This document shows, piece by piece, positions 38,803 through 51,840 of a DNA stretch of 64,000 nucleotides. How positions within the stretch are numbered: the stretch's first letter is position 1; every line of letters begins with the position of its first letter. Source of the DNA: Tubulanus polymorphus (Eukaryota; Animalia; Nemertea); NCBI RefSeq assembly GCF_964204645.1, contig NC_134026.1:14914150-14978149 (forward strand), given 5' to 3'. The notes beneath the pieces are model-generated. The model worked only from the letters and a program-made list of their open reading frames with translations, was not told where the DNA came from and ran no database searches. Made by a program: the position numbers and the translations under genes.

Positions 38803-41800
38803 ATGGAAGCAAATAAGTACTACTGCCCAACATGTAATATCAATATAGATAAATCCCAAAAAGAAAGACACAATAAAACTAAAACACATTTAGAGAATAA
38901 ATTGAAATTAGAATATGAAGATGGTATATTAGAAACTAAATTAGATGAATTAAAGAATGAAAAAGAAATATATAAATGTGATACATGTAATCAATCATTC
39001 AGTGATAAAAGATATTATAAAGAACATTTAAAATCTAAAAGTCATATTAGAAATAAGAATAATGATATTTTAGGTGAAGATTATTTTGATAAAGATAATG
39101 ATAAGAAACAGAAGACAATTAAAAGCATAAAAAATAAATTAAACAATAAAAGACCATACATGGAAGATGTAAGAAATTATATTAATTCATTAGATAATAA
39201 AAAAGATATAGAGATAACCGAAGCATTTAAAAGTGATATTGGCCCAGCAGCTATTGAGTTTAAATTTCATAAAGGAAAAACATTAGAAGAAAATAAAAAA
39301 CATTAAGAAAATATGAAAAATATTATAAAAATAATAACTAATGTTGAATATCCTAAAATTAGTATATCTTCTAAAGTAAAGTTTATAAAATCTGAAGATA
39401 AACCAATATATAATATAAATTCTCATTCACAACATATTATATCTAAACAACATATAGATGATAAATTAGATAAATGTTATAATGAAGTAAAAACTAAAAT
39501 AGAAGAGAAATATTTTGAAGGATCAGGTTTAATATTTGATGAAATAATATTTATGACTTTACATGTCTATAACACAAAATATAATGAGGAAACTAAATCG
39601 AAACCAATAGATGAAAATAATGTATCATATCATAAAGAACCAGATATTTAAGCATCGAGTTATATTAAACTACCATTTAAAACTAATGCTGTTATAAATG
39701 TACAAAATTTTGATGATAAATGTTTTTTATGGGCAATAATTAGTTGCTTACATGCTGCAACTGATAATATTTGTAGATTAACTCATTATAAACCATTTGA
39801 AAATAATTATAAGATGGATAATTATCCTGTTAGAATTAAAAATATTCCAAAAATAGAAAGAGATAATAATTTAAAAATAAATGTATTTGATTTAATCAAA
39901 TTGCCAAAAACAAAAGGTAACAATATAAAACATTATACATAAGAACCTTTATACCTTTAAGATTATGATTCAAATGATGTTATAGATATATTATAGTATG
40001 AGAATCATTATATGTGGATTAAACAAATCGATTTATTCTTTAGAACAGAAAGTGATCACCATAATAAAATATATCTATGTAGAAAATGTTTACATAAATT
40101 CAGTAATGAAAGTACATTATTAAATCATAAACAATTATGTGAAAATCATGATTATTGTAAATTAGTTTTACCAAATGAAAAGGATAAAATATTAGAATTC
40201 AAAAAATATGATTACAAAAATAAAGTACCATTTGTAATATATGGAGATTTTGAATCATTAAATAAAGAATTAACTGATCAAGATAGAAAAGAAATATATT
40301 ATAAAAGAAAGAAATTAAATTCTAATGAAAATGATATAATTGATTATTCAGATCCCCTTATAACAACTACTATTAAAAAGATTCATCAATCAGCTGCAGC
40401 TTTCGGATTATATATTAAATCTGATTATCCAGAACTAATAAAAAGTGAATATTATCATTATAGAAATTAAAATGTTATCAATCATTTTTGTGACTTATTA
40501 ATTGAATATGAAATAAGATTTAGTAAATTATTGAATACAAATATAGAAATTATAATGACAGAAGAAGATAAAGAAGCATTTGAGTTTGCAGATAAATGTT
40601 ATTATTGTGATAAGATATTTAATTATGAAGATAAAAAAGTAATAGACCACGATCATTTGAATGGAAAGTTTAGAGGTGCAGCGCATGAGAATTGTAATTT
40701 GCAAGCAAAGAAAATAAATTTTGTTCCAGTTATATTTCATAATCTATCAGGATATGATGCACATTTATTCATCAAACAGTTATGCCATAAAATAGAAGAA
40801 ATTAATAATGAAATAGAAAGATTAAATTCAAATAGATCAAAAGATAAAATACCAACTTATAAATTTAAAATGTTAGCTAGAACATCTGAGAATTATATAT
40901 CATTCCAATTTGGGTGTCTAAGATTTATAGATTCATATAGATTTTTAAACAGTTCATTAGATAACTTATCAAAATCATTAGTTGATGATGAATTAAAAAT
41001 ATTAAAACAACACTATCCAAATAATGATAATTTTAAATTAATGAGATATAAAGGCGCAATTCCATATTCATTTTATAAATCACATAATGATTTTAATATA
41101 ACTGAATTATTAAAAGAACAATTTTATGATGAATTAAAAAATGAATATGTTAAAGATGAAGTATATAATAGAACATTGAATATTTGGAATTATTTTGTAA
41201 TGAAAAATCATGGACAATTAGTAGATTTATATTTAAAATCAGATGTATTATTATTAACTGATATATTCGAAAGATTTAGAGATGTAAACCTAAAATATTT
41301 GAATGTTGATCCATGTCATTGTTATTCATCACCAGGATTAACTTGGGATTGTGGATTAAAATTTACAGATATAAAAATGGATTTGTTAACAAATATAGAT
41401 CAATAACTATTATTTGAAAAATCTATAAGAGGAGGAGTTTCAGGTGTATTAGGTGATAGACATTTCGATGTAAATGATAACCCTGGATATAAGTTATTAT
41501 ATATAGATGCAAATAATTTGTATGGATGGGTAATGATGGAACCACAACCTTATGGAGTATTTGAAATAAGTGAAGTTTTACAACATGAAAATAATGATAA
41601 ATTTGATTGGAAGAAAAGAATCCTAGATATTGCAGATGATTCAGATACTGGTTACTTCTTTGTTGTAGATTTAGAATATCCTGAACATATTAAATTTAAA
41701 ACTAGAAATCTAGCATACTGTCCAGAAAATAAAACTGTTACTCGTGAAGAATTATCAAATTATCAAAAAAGAATTAAACCCGAAAATCTTATTCATACAG

Positions 41801-42840
41801 AAAAGTTAATGGTAACTCAAGAAGATAAATATAATTATGTAGTACATTATAAAATGTTAAAGTTTTATTTGAATCAAGGAATGATTCTAAAAAAAGTACA
41901 TAGATATATTTCATTTAGTCAATCTAAGTGGTTAGAAAAATATATGGATTTTAACACCAAACAGAGAACTAAAGCTAAAACTGATTTCGAGAAAGATTTC
42001 TTCAAGTTAATGAATAATGCATTCTATGGTAAGACTTGTGAAAATATTAGAAATAGAAATGATATTGAGTTAGTTAGTAATGGCAAAAGGATAAGGCATT
42101 TACAAACATATCCTAGATTTATAGGTAACAGAATATTTGATGAAAATTTAGCTGCAGTTAAGATGAGAAGAACATCAATGAAATTTAATAAACCAATCTA
42201 TGTTGGCGCTTCAGTTTTAGAATTATCAAAATTACTAATGTATGAATTCTATTATAATGTATTACAACCACTTTTTGGAGAAAAACATATAGAAATATTA
42301 TATTTTGATACCGATTCTTACATATTAAAGATAAAAACTGATAACATAACAGATGATTTAAAAACATTAAAACATCATTTTGATTTCAGTAACTATCCTA
42401 AAGATCATGAATTGTTTAGCAATGATAATAAAAAAGTTCCCGGTAAATTCAAAGATGAATTAGGTGATGAAGAAATGATAGAGTTCATAGGTATTAGATC
42501 TAAAATGTATTCATATAAAACTAAAGAACATGAAGCTAAAAAGTTAAAAGGAATAACCAAAAGTGTAGTAGAAAAGAATATTCATTTCAAAGATTATATC
42601 AATTGTATATTCAAAGAAGAAGTTAGAAAACATAAGATGAGATGTTTAAGATCTGAAGATCATGAAATATTTATTGAAGAAATTGAAAAGATTAGTCTAA
42701 ACCCATTTGATGATAAAAGATATATTTTAGATGATGGAATTCATACAGTTGCTTATGGTTGTAATTTAGATGAATACTTAAAATTTAAAAGAGAAGAAAC
42801 AAAAGAGAACGAGATAATGAAAAGAATTCTAACGTGTTAA
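38803..42840 (+). pseudogene. polB: Protein-primed family B DNA polymerase (copy B), full length, several stops, intein-free
   Basis: N-terminal C2H2 fingers; NVQNFDDKCFLWAI; ExoI YGDFES; EndoVII-like CYYC..DHDHLNGKFRGAAHENCN; FHNLSGYD; RFIDS; YLKSDV; YIDANNLYG; KLMNNAFYGK; YFDTDS at 42301-42318. Confidence 0.95.
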
Positions 42841-42869
42841 TCAAATTTTAATAAAAGTATGTATTATAA

Positions 42870-43223
42870 ATGGAGAGTAAACAAACTCACAGTGAGAACA
42901 ACAAATCATTTCTAGATAGAATAAAAGATACTTCAAATGTCAAATCAGTAGATTATAAATTTAAGAAGTTAAAAGAATACATAATCCATAAGAAATATCT
43001 AATTACAAATATTGATACAGTTACTAACAAATATGGAGATAAATTAGTTATACACTTAGAATATGAAGGATTAAAAGGAAATACACATAAATTCAGAACA
43101 TATTTACCAGATAGATTTCATAGATTATCAAGTGAAGATCTAGAAGAATTATGTTCTGGTGATTTCTATTTCGTATACAAAGGTAAGAATGAAAAAGGGC
43201 ACCACGAAATAGATTTCGAATAA
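42870..43223 (+). CDS. Small conserved viral protein downstream of pPolB (possible OB-fold/SSB-like; unverified)
   Basis: Intact 117 aa; homologs at about 62010-62363 and 18912; FKKL...YLITNI...TNKYGDKLVIHL...RTYLPDRF. Confidence 0.7.
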   Translation: MESKQTHSENNKSFLDRIKDTSNVKSVDYKFKKLKEYIIHKKYLITNIDTVTNKYGDKLVIHLEYEGLKGNTHKFRTYLPDRFHRLSSEDLEELCSGDFYFVYKGKNEKGHHEIDFE

Positions 43224-43240
43224 GAAAATATGTAAAATAA

Positions 43241-44002
43241 ATGGTAGAATTAAAAGAATACAGAATATTTGTTGATTCTAGAAGACTTACAAATTATAAA
43301 TCTCATAATTTACTAGTACAATTAGATAGAGAATATAAAAATTGTGTAGATTTAAAATTAGTTAATATAAGTTTATGTAACTCATTTTACAATATATCGG
43401 ATAAAACTATTGAACATAGAGCCTTTTTAATTTTTAATAAAAATAAAAATGAATGGGCCTATATATATTTAAAACTGGGGTTATATAATTTAGATACATT
43501 AGCGCAAGAGATTAATAGAAAAGCCTGGCACAAGTCAGGTAATAATTCCGGGTTTAATATTAGATTTTTAAAAAGTGAGAGTACTGACAAAATAAAGATA
43601 AGGTTGTCTAATAGTGAAATACATGCATTTATTTATTAAAAAAAACCTATAGCTAAACTGTTAGGAATTCCTCCAGATAAATCTTTTACAAATATTGAAG
43701 CTACACCAAACTTAATACCTTTTACACACTTTTATATTTATTGCAATTTAATCGATCCTACAAAAACATTCGAAGCAACTAAAGATATAACTTGTAATTC
43801 TGGTTTACTAAACATTTTACCATTGAAGAATGTTAAAGAATTTGGAACGCAAATAAAGTATAATTTAACAGAATGTGATTTCAAACCATGCATTCCTCGT
43901 TTTAATAATTTTAGAATAGAAATTAGAAATCACACTGGATACTTAATTGATTTAAATAATTTCCCTGTAATTTATGAATTAGTTATAAGATGTAGAGAGT
44001 AA
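43241..44002 (+). pseudogene. Probable minor capsid (penton-like) protein, frameshift in a poly-A run near 43640
   Basis: RIFVDSR...LVNISLCNSFYNI...GLYNLDTLAQEIN...LAKLLG...FYIYCNLI...IEIRNHTGYLIDLNN.PVIYEL, pattern typical of Polinton minor capsid proteins. Confidence 0.7.
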
Positions 44003-44018
44003 TTTTTTCACTATATAA

Positions 44019-44360
44019 ATGAATATAACGGTTGGACCGAATATATGTTTTGGGTTTGATTTTAAACATGGTAAAGAAATGAGAATTAAACTAAATGATG
44101 TAATTACTAATATAAAAAGTAAATCATTTAACAATGCATCAATGATTAATAAAGAAAATTATAATATAGAAAAAGTAATTGATTTAATTAAATCACCTTT
44201 AGAATATTATGAATTAAATGAAGATGGAATTATTGATGATATTAAAAACATATTAACCAAAATATATGATAATCATAAAAGTAGTAATGAAATAAATGTT
44301 GAATTAATCGTAAATAAGATAACTAAATATTTTGATGATAGTAATTTTTTTGATAAATAA
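44019..44360 (+). CDS. Viral hypothetical protein, 113 aa
   Basis: Intact ORF with TATAAATG start, abutting its neighbours. Confidence 0.6.
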   Translation: MNITVGPNICFGFDFKHGKEMRIKLNDVITNIKSKSFNNASMINKENYNIEKVIDLIKSPLEYYELNEDGIIDDIKNILTKIYDNHKSSNEINVELIVNKITKYFDDSNFFDK

Positions 44361-44582
44361 ATGAGTGATAATAAGTGGATAATAACTGGATTATATAATG
44401 GCGCATTACTATCAGTTGGAACTGTTGGTTATTCAATGGTATTAAAAAAAGTATTTAAAATGGGAAGTGTTAATGTTGATAGATTTGATATCAATGATAT
44501 TTTAAAATTAACATTAGCAGTTACTTAATCTAATTCAACTATTGATTATTTAGAAAAACAAAAATATATTCCTCCCATATAA
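44361..44582 (+). pseudogene. Small hydrophobic viral protein (~73 aa, one stop)
   Basis: MSDNKWIITGLYNGALLSVGTVGYSMVLKKVFKM...DYLEKQKYIPPI; TAAATG start. Confidence 0.6.
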
Positions 44583-44606
44583 ATGCATAATTATTTTACT
44601 AAATAA

Positions 44607-45029
44607 ATGGCTTCTGCAGTTATAACTATTATAGGATCGGCAATTGTTAACGCTTTAGCATTTACTGGTGGCGGTTATTTATTTAAGCATATTGATAAAA
44701 ATGGATCATTAACAGAACAAAAAAGACATAACTTAGCATTAGAGAATTACAATAAAGCAGCAGAAGAATACAGAGAAAAGAGGCAAAACTATATGGATTA
44801 TATTAACAAGGAATTATATGATCAGAAGATTTCACATAGAGATTTTCAATCAGTTGATGATGCAATGAGTTTATATAACGCGGTAACCAATAAAGAAAAA
44901 TTACATCTATACAAACCTAAATTATCAGATTATTATACCCCAAGTAATGAACAGAAGAAATATGAAATAATATGGAATTTAGGCGGAACTGTTATTGTTA
45001 TATTTGTAGCGTATAAGTTTTCTAATTAG
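44607..45029 (+). CDS. Viral protein with N- and C-terminal hydrophobic segments, 140 aa
   Basis: MASAVITIIGSAIVNALAFTGGGYLF...EQKRHNLALE...PKLSDYYTPS..QKKYE...TVIVIFVAY. Confidence 0.72.
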   Translation: MASAVITIIGSAIVNALAFTGGGYLFKHIDKNGSLTEQKRHNLALENYNKAAEEYREKRQNYMDYINKELYDQKISHRDFQSVDDAMSLYNAVTNKEKLHLYKPKLSDYYTPSNEQKKYEIIWNLGGTVIVIFVAYKFSN

Positions 45030-45050
45030 TAATTTTTTTTTGCTAAATAA

Positions 45051-45490
45051 ATGGAAGATAAAGTTGATAATATTGATATTATTCCTCATGATATAAATAA
45101 AACTAAATTAAAAATATATTTAGAAAAACAAATATTAGAATTTGAAAGTTACTTAAAGATAAAAAGAAAAAATATTTAAAAAGTAAAATTATATATTATT
45201 TGATTATAAGTGGTTCGGTTACAACTAGTTCTGTAATAACATTTCTAGCAATATTCAGTCCATTAACACCTTTAGCTATATCAATTGGTGTATTAGGATT
45301 AAGTTCAAGTGTTTTAACTGGTATAAGTTCAAAATTAAATATAAAAAGTAATTAAAACTGAAGAAAAAATTAAAACTAATATAAAAGAAATTAATAAATT
45401 AAAAAATACACTAGATTATATAATGAGTTTAAATGGTCATATAACAGTTGAAGAACAAGATAAATTATTAAAAGAATTAATAAATTATTA
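45051..45490 (+). pseudogene. Two-TM viral protein, frameshifted
   Basis: MEDKVDN...IISGSVTTSSVITFLAIFSPLTPLAISIGVLGLSSSVLTGIS. Confidence 0.65.
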
Positions 45491-45507
45491 ATTTTTTAAT
45501 TATATAA

Positions 45508-46832
45508 ATGGCAGATAGTTTTCCAAAAGCTTTCCAATATAATAAATCAATTAAATATAATATTCCAGCAATAGATTTTAATAAAGATATTACATATAGA
45601 AATGAAGTTTTAAATTCATTAATTGATTTATATATTTATGTTACTGAAAGTAATAATTTTCATGTAAAGATGGAAAATATATTTCATGTGTATACAATTA
45701 ATTTCAAAAATTTAAATGAGGCAAAACAATGGTTATTAAAATCTAATATGAAGTATTGGCAGAACCAATTAAATTTTGCTGTTTATTGTGCAACAACAGG
45801 ATGTGGAATTAGTTGGAATGATCATTTAAACAAACCAAGTTTACCATTGATGTTATCACTTTTTAGATTTCATACATATGTTCAAATAAAATTAATATTA
45901 GATGAATTAGAATGTCCTTTACCAGGTTCAAAATATTTTAAAGAATTGAATAATAATATTAATTTTTCTAAGTTTTATAAAATATGTAATGAATTTAATA
46001 TTAATTCAAATAAAGATTTTAGAGCAAAAATTGGAACAATGGGTGGATTAGGAATATTATATACTAAAGAATTTGGAAAAATAATGACAAATTCAGATAT
46101 AAGAACACTAAATTGGAATGAATTACCAAAATATTATAATAATATACAACAACAAAATAATAATGGTTGGGTTAATTTCATTTTAGAAAATAGTGAATGT
46201 TTTACTAAAGCTGGAATACAAAGAATAAATCAATCTATTAGAACTTATTTGATATGTATTTTAGGTGCGCAAGTTGAAACAAGATCCCCAATAATTGGAA
46301 ATGATAACACTTCATTCGATGCGCAGAAACAATTCAAAGTTTTATTTGAAGATTCTATTCATAATGATAAAAATAGATCGATTCCAGAAAACATTGTAAG
46401 ATATCAAAATTATTTAGATAAATCACATATTAGATTAAATTATTGTATAGGCCCTAATCTATTTATTATTTCTAATGATTTAGTATTAAAGATGGGAAAT
46501 ATAATTGGTTACAATAATCTAATCAAAACTGCAACAATAAATAATTCATTTGGATTAAATGATATAAATAAAAAGATTATTACTGCTCCAAAATTAATGG
46601 AAGGTGAAAAAAATAAAAAACATATTCAATCAACTGAAACTAAAACTAATAATATTAAATTAAATAATGATTCTAAAATAAAAGATTTCAATACATCACC
46701 AAGATATAAAAACTGATAATATTCAACATGATATAATTAAACTAAATGATGATAATAAATCCCATGAAAATACTAAATTAGCTTTAACTTGTATAGGAAT
46801 TGTAATCGGAGGAATATTATATTTTAAAATTA
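45508..46832 (+). pseudogene. YWQNQLNFAVYCATTGCGIS-family protein (copy B); 402 aa open, then a frameshift before the C-terminal TM
   Basis: ORF 45508-46716 plus out-of-frame LALTCIGIVIGGILYFKI; homolog in copy A. Confidence 0.75.
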
Positions 46833-46849
46833 ATTTTTTTATTATGTAA

Positions 46850-48290
46850 ATTGCAGAAGGTGGAGAAGATTATGAAATGGAAAACAGGGGAAATAAAATA
46901 ATGATGATGCCAATACTAACAATGATGATTATATGACTGCTGATAATAATATTGATGATGGTAATGAATCAGCATATAATTCTAATTTAGCAGATAGTGG
47001 TTCTAAAGCCCCATCAACAGATGAACATGATAGAAGAACTAGATCGAGAATACCTATTGAAAATTTAGACCCAGGTTTAGAAAGAGAAAATATAGAAAAT
47101 TATGAATTTATGTATGATTTACAACGTGTATTTAAAGAGTCTGGATATAATATAAATGATAGAGGCGCCAGACCTTTAGTAAAAGAATTAAAGTTTTTAG
47201 ATGGTGAATATTATTGTAAATTGAAAGATGATTATTATATTAACATCTCTTATAAAATCAAGACAAAATATTAGCAAAATCAACTTTGCTTAGGTTAGAC
47301 CTATCTAAAATTAAAAGAATAAGAAATAGTAATGAACCAGAAGATGTAACACAAGAATTAATTGATAAAAATGAAAAAGTATTTAAACAGAGAATTAAAA
47401 AATTATTTGAAACAATCAAAGATAATCCAGAAACAGAAACAACTTCCGAACAGAATGAAACTTCCAAAACTAGTAAACTTAAATCAAACACTGAAGTTCA
47501 AACTGAAAAACTTTTACCGAAGGGATTACTTGATTCAACAGATCAAGAAATAGAAGCTTTAAGTATGTTTTCTAAAAAAACAATTAGAGAAATAATAAGT
47601 ATACGAGATGAAGCTGATAAAATTGCGCGCGAAAAACATATTAGATATAATAAAATTAAACCTTGAGAAAATAAATTATTTGCACCAGAAAAGAATTAGA
47701 ACAATTAAAATTAGATAGAGAATTTAAAGTTATTGAAGAAATTGAATTTAAAAAAAGAAATGCATATTTAGAAAAAGAAATTGATGATTTAGAATATAAC
47801 ATAGAATTTCAGAAAGAAAAAATGAAATAATTATTAAAATCATATGATTATTGTATTAATAGATTAAAAGTTGTTGTTGAAGAGTTAATACTAAAACCAA
47901 ATTCTGACATATCACTAAAAGATAGAATAAAATTATTATTTAAGTTTGAAGGAATAACAATTCTTTCAATTCTAACAGCTGTAACTATGTTATTTACAAC
48001 AATTGGTTTAGCAATATCAAATGCTTTAAAATCTACTCCTACTCCAAATAAACCGGATAAACCCCCGAATGATAATAATTCTATACATATTTATGGGAAC
48101 TATCTAAAAAATCTGCTGCAGCTTTACCAGGAATTATTGCATCAATTGTTGGTTTTATATTGAAATCTGCAGGAAACATTATTAACTTTGCTGCTGAACA
48201 TATTATTTTATTTTTAATTACAGTTGTAAGTGCAATTATTTTTGGGTTAGTAAACATGATAAAAAATAAACATGATCAAAAATAAATAAT
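46850..48290 (+). pseudogene. Coiled-coil/hydrophobic-helix protein (copy B), fragmented
   Basis: ORF pieces 46933-47274 and 47286-47666 plus downstream EGITILSILTAV and AAALPGIIASIVGFIL. Confidence 0.7.
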
Positions 48291-48310
48291 TAATTTTTTT
48301 TGTTAAATAA

Positions 48311-49558
48311 ATGAGTGGGAGTTATATCAATCCTTCTAAGAATCATAGAATATCTAATGCTATTAAAGCAGAAAGATCACATCATATAATTACTCATAAC
48401 CCTTCTGATATTAATCCCGATGAAACTTTATATGTTAGAATTCCTCGATTAACACAAAATACTTTTTATGTTCCAAATAGTATTTATTTATCAGCCGATA
48501 TAAAAGTAATCGGTAATAATAATAATTATGTTGTTGATAATGTTGGAAGATATTTGATTAAAAAATTAACAATAAAGATTGGTCCAGAAACAGTTTTCTC
48601 ATTAGATGATTATAATTTATTTATGCATTATAAAGATTTATGGTTAACTAAAGAAAACAGAAATAATATGATATTTCAAGGAATCCAATCAGAAAACCAA
48701 AATAAATTAAGATCAGAAGCATAATAATGCAATATTAACTAATGCTATAGATAAAGTGATAAAAAGTATATATGGAAGCAAATATGAAATTCCATTAGAC
48801 TTTGAATTGATAAATAATAATGCGCCTTTATATAAATATGCGATTCAAGAAGATGTTATATTCGAAATAACATTTGCTCCGGTAAATGAAATTGTAATAT
48901 CTAGCGTTAATAAAGATATGAGTTTAAATTATCGAATATATGTTTAGAATATGATACAGTAACTGATGAAAATATTTCAAGTATAATTCAAACTCAATAC
49001 AATCAAGGATTTTCATTATTATATGATTATATTGATAAATTTAAAACTGTAACTATTAATGCAAATGATGAAATTATTAATGAGAATATTAACTTCCCAA
49101 GGAGATCTATTAAAGGTATATTAATATTTTTTACCATTGCAACATATTCTAATGGCGCAATAAATGTTGATAATTATTATAATCCTGAAATAACAAAAGT
49201 AGAAATAACTATCGAAGGAATAGCAAATAAAATATTTTGTCAAGGAATGAGAATGATAGATCAATGGCCAGAAATTAGAAAACATTTTATGAATGAAAAA
49301 GTAAAATCATCTGAAAATTGTAATATTAATCAAATTGATTATTATACCGGTAATAAATATGCATTATGGTTAGATTTTAGAACAACAGAGGATAATTCAT
49401 TACATGGTTCTGGAAAAAAATTACAAAACACTAAAGATGGAATACAATTATTCATGACAAAGAAAAAAGGAAGCCTAAATTTCAAAATGCATATTTATAT
49501 TATATCTGACGCACAATTAAATATTGTAAATTCTCAATTAAATAGCGTTATGTATTAA
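48311..49558 (+). pseudogene. Probable major capsid protein (copy B), frameshifted
   Basis: Colinear and highly similar to 33966-35217. Confidence 0.68.
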
Positions 49559-49590
49559 AATTTTAACTTTAATACAAATTTATATAATAA

Positions 49591-50400
49591 ATGGAAGAAG
49601 GTAAAGTATATAAACATATTCCATACATCGATACACATGAAAATAATGATGGTTTATATTATGTAATACCTTGTAATATAGCTTTGATATTTGATCCTAT
49701 TTTCAAAAATTATAAAACTAAACTAATAGAAATAGATAATAATAAAAGTGAAGTTGTTGATAATTTAAGTAATGTAATTGATAATAATGTAATACCTACT
49801 ACATCTAATAATGTAATACCTTCTACATCTAATAATGTAATACCTTCTTCATCTAATAATGTAATACCTTCTACATCTAATAATGAAATAATATTAAATG
49901 TTAGTGAAAATAGAAATTATTGTGGATATTGTAAAAGTGAATTTTCAAACGCTACATCAAATTGGAATAAACATATGAATACAAGGGTACATATAAATAA
50001 TGTTATTGAACGTGTTGGTTTAAAAGAATATATAGAACACCCATTTAGATATGTTACAAAGTTTGTTTCAAATCAAAAAGTAAATGGTGAAAAAATATAT
50101 GAAGATTTATTATTAGCAACACCTAATAAAGATGAATTAGATCTAACCGATGCTAATGAAATATTAAAACCAAACACTGTAAATGAAATATTAGGAGCAA
50201 ACACTAATAAAGATAATAATGAAAATGGCGCCCACATGGTGATATAGTTACAGATAATAAAGATTCTATGAAACATAAAGAAGAAACTATTGATGATGCG
50301 GTAGAAAGGATGAAAAAGTATAAAAATAAAAAAACAATTGATGATGATTCGGTAGAGAATTTGAATAAATTGTTAGGGTCTGATAGTGAAAGTGATTAAA
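49591..50400 (+). pseudogene. Zinc-finger protein with (NNVIPSTS)x4 repeats (copy B)
   Basis: 218-aa ORF plus out-of-frame tail (ETIDDAVE); YCGYCKSEFSNATSNWNKHMNTRVH. Confidence 0.7.
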
Positions 50401-50791
50401 ATATTAATTATATTTAACACGAATAATAATATTGGTTGAAAATTGTATAAAATAATAGTAAATAAAAAAGGGGGTTTTAAGTATTTAAGGTATCTAATAC
50501 ATATCTAATACAATCTAATACATAAAATATCTTATTTTATAAACTGATATTCATATGGAAATTGAAACCTCAGTAATAATAAATAACCTTTATTATTTTC
50601 AAACTTATTCATATATTAGTTGAAAAAATAAAAATAAATTGGTTGAAAATTGTATAAATAATATTTATTTTAAAAAAGGGGGTTTTAAGTATTTAAGGTA
50701 TCTAATAGGCGTATCAGGTATTAGGGTATCTAATAGGGTATCAGGTATTAGGGTATCTAATAGGGTATCTAATACATAGGTATACAAATAG

Positions 50792-51718
50792 TTATTTTAT
50801 AAATTTATATTCATAGGGAAATTGTAATCTCAGTAATAATTTTGAACCTTTATTATTCTTTAATTTATTCATATATTCATCATGTAATTCAGTAGGTATA
50901 ATTTGATTTTCTTCCAATGATTGTTGCATAGATTTTTTATCTTTGTTATAAAATAAAACTAGAAATCTTATATTCTCCCTAAAGTCTTTAACAATTGAAT
51001 TATATTTTTGATTTAAAACCCATGTTGTTATCCCAAAATGTCTCCCAGAGAAAGCTAGATAACATAACTCACTTTCTCTAACTTTTGAATCATGTAAATT
51101 TGCGCAATCATCTACAATGAATAATGTATTTGATCCTTTATAAGTATCAATTGCTATTTTTATACAATTATCTAAATTTTCTTTTACTGTTTTAGGATCT
51201 AATATAATAAACTTTTTTATTTTAACTATATCTCTATTATATGTTTTATTCATTTCATAAGTAGGACAGAATAATATTATATTATCAAAATGATTCTTAT
51301 AAATAGTTTCTAACAAATCTAATATGAAATGTGTTTTACCACAATTGGTGTTTTTGATTGGAATTGACCATGCGTATCTACTGAATATGTCTACAACATT
51401 TAATATCCAGAAATATCCTTTGTTGTATTCTTCTAAGTTCTTCATGTCAATTAAATCTGTTTGCCATTGTTGATCGATATATGAAACCATAACCTTTCTT
51501 GTTAAATAATTTTTATCCATTTTCTTGTGGATTTGATACGTTGGTTGATTTTGTAACCATAATCTTAGTTCACTATATTTTATATCACCATGTGGGTGCC
51601 ATACGGCACCATTTTCTTTATCAGATTTAATTTCATCCCATAATTCTGAAACGCTAGAATATGATACTTCAATTTCTGGGTTATAATATAAATCTCTTAA
51701 ATATTGTTCTTTTTTCAT
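50792..51718 (-). pseudogene. In-frame deletion fusion of the integrase N-terminus to the packaging ATPase (copy B)
   Basis: ...RYAWSIPIKN|TNCGKTHF...; junction near 51350 removes about 0.8 kb relative to copy A, including two integrase catalytic residues and the first Gly of Walker A. Confidence 0.9.
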
Positions 51719-51840
51719 CTTATTTTAATCCATTAATAATATTTAAAATTTAGATTTAGTTTCAATGATTTTATGATTTGACTTATTTTCTGGTATAATA
51801 GGTTTATAATCATCGGAATCATTATCATCAGATTTATACT

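Noticed and set aside
39649-40470. Shared TAA/TAG codons in pPolB as stop-codon reassignment or readthrough
   Set aside because: The contexts imply different original residues (probably K, S, Y, E) and the copies also have private stops and frameshifts; shared decay is simpler
50792-51718. Open 308-aa integrase-ATPase fusion as a novel chimeric enzyme
   Set aside because: Simple in-frame deletion relative to copies A and C/D; it loses most integrase catalytic residues and breaks Walker A
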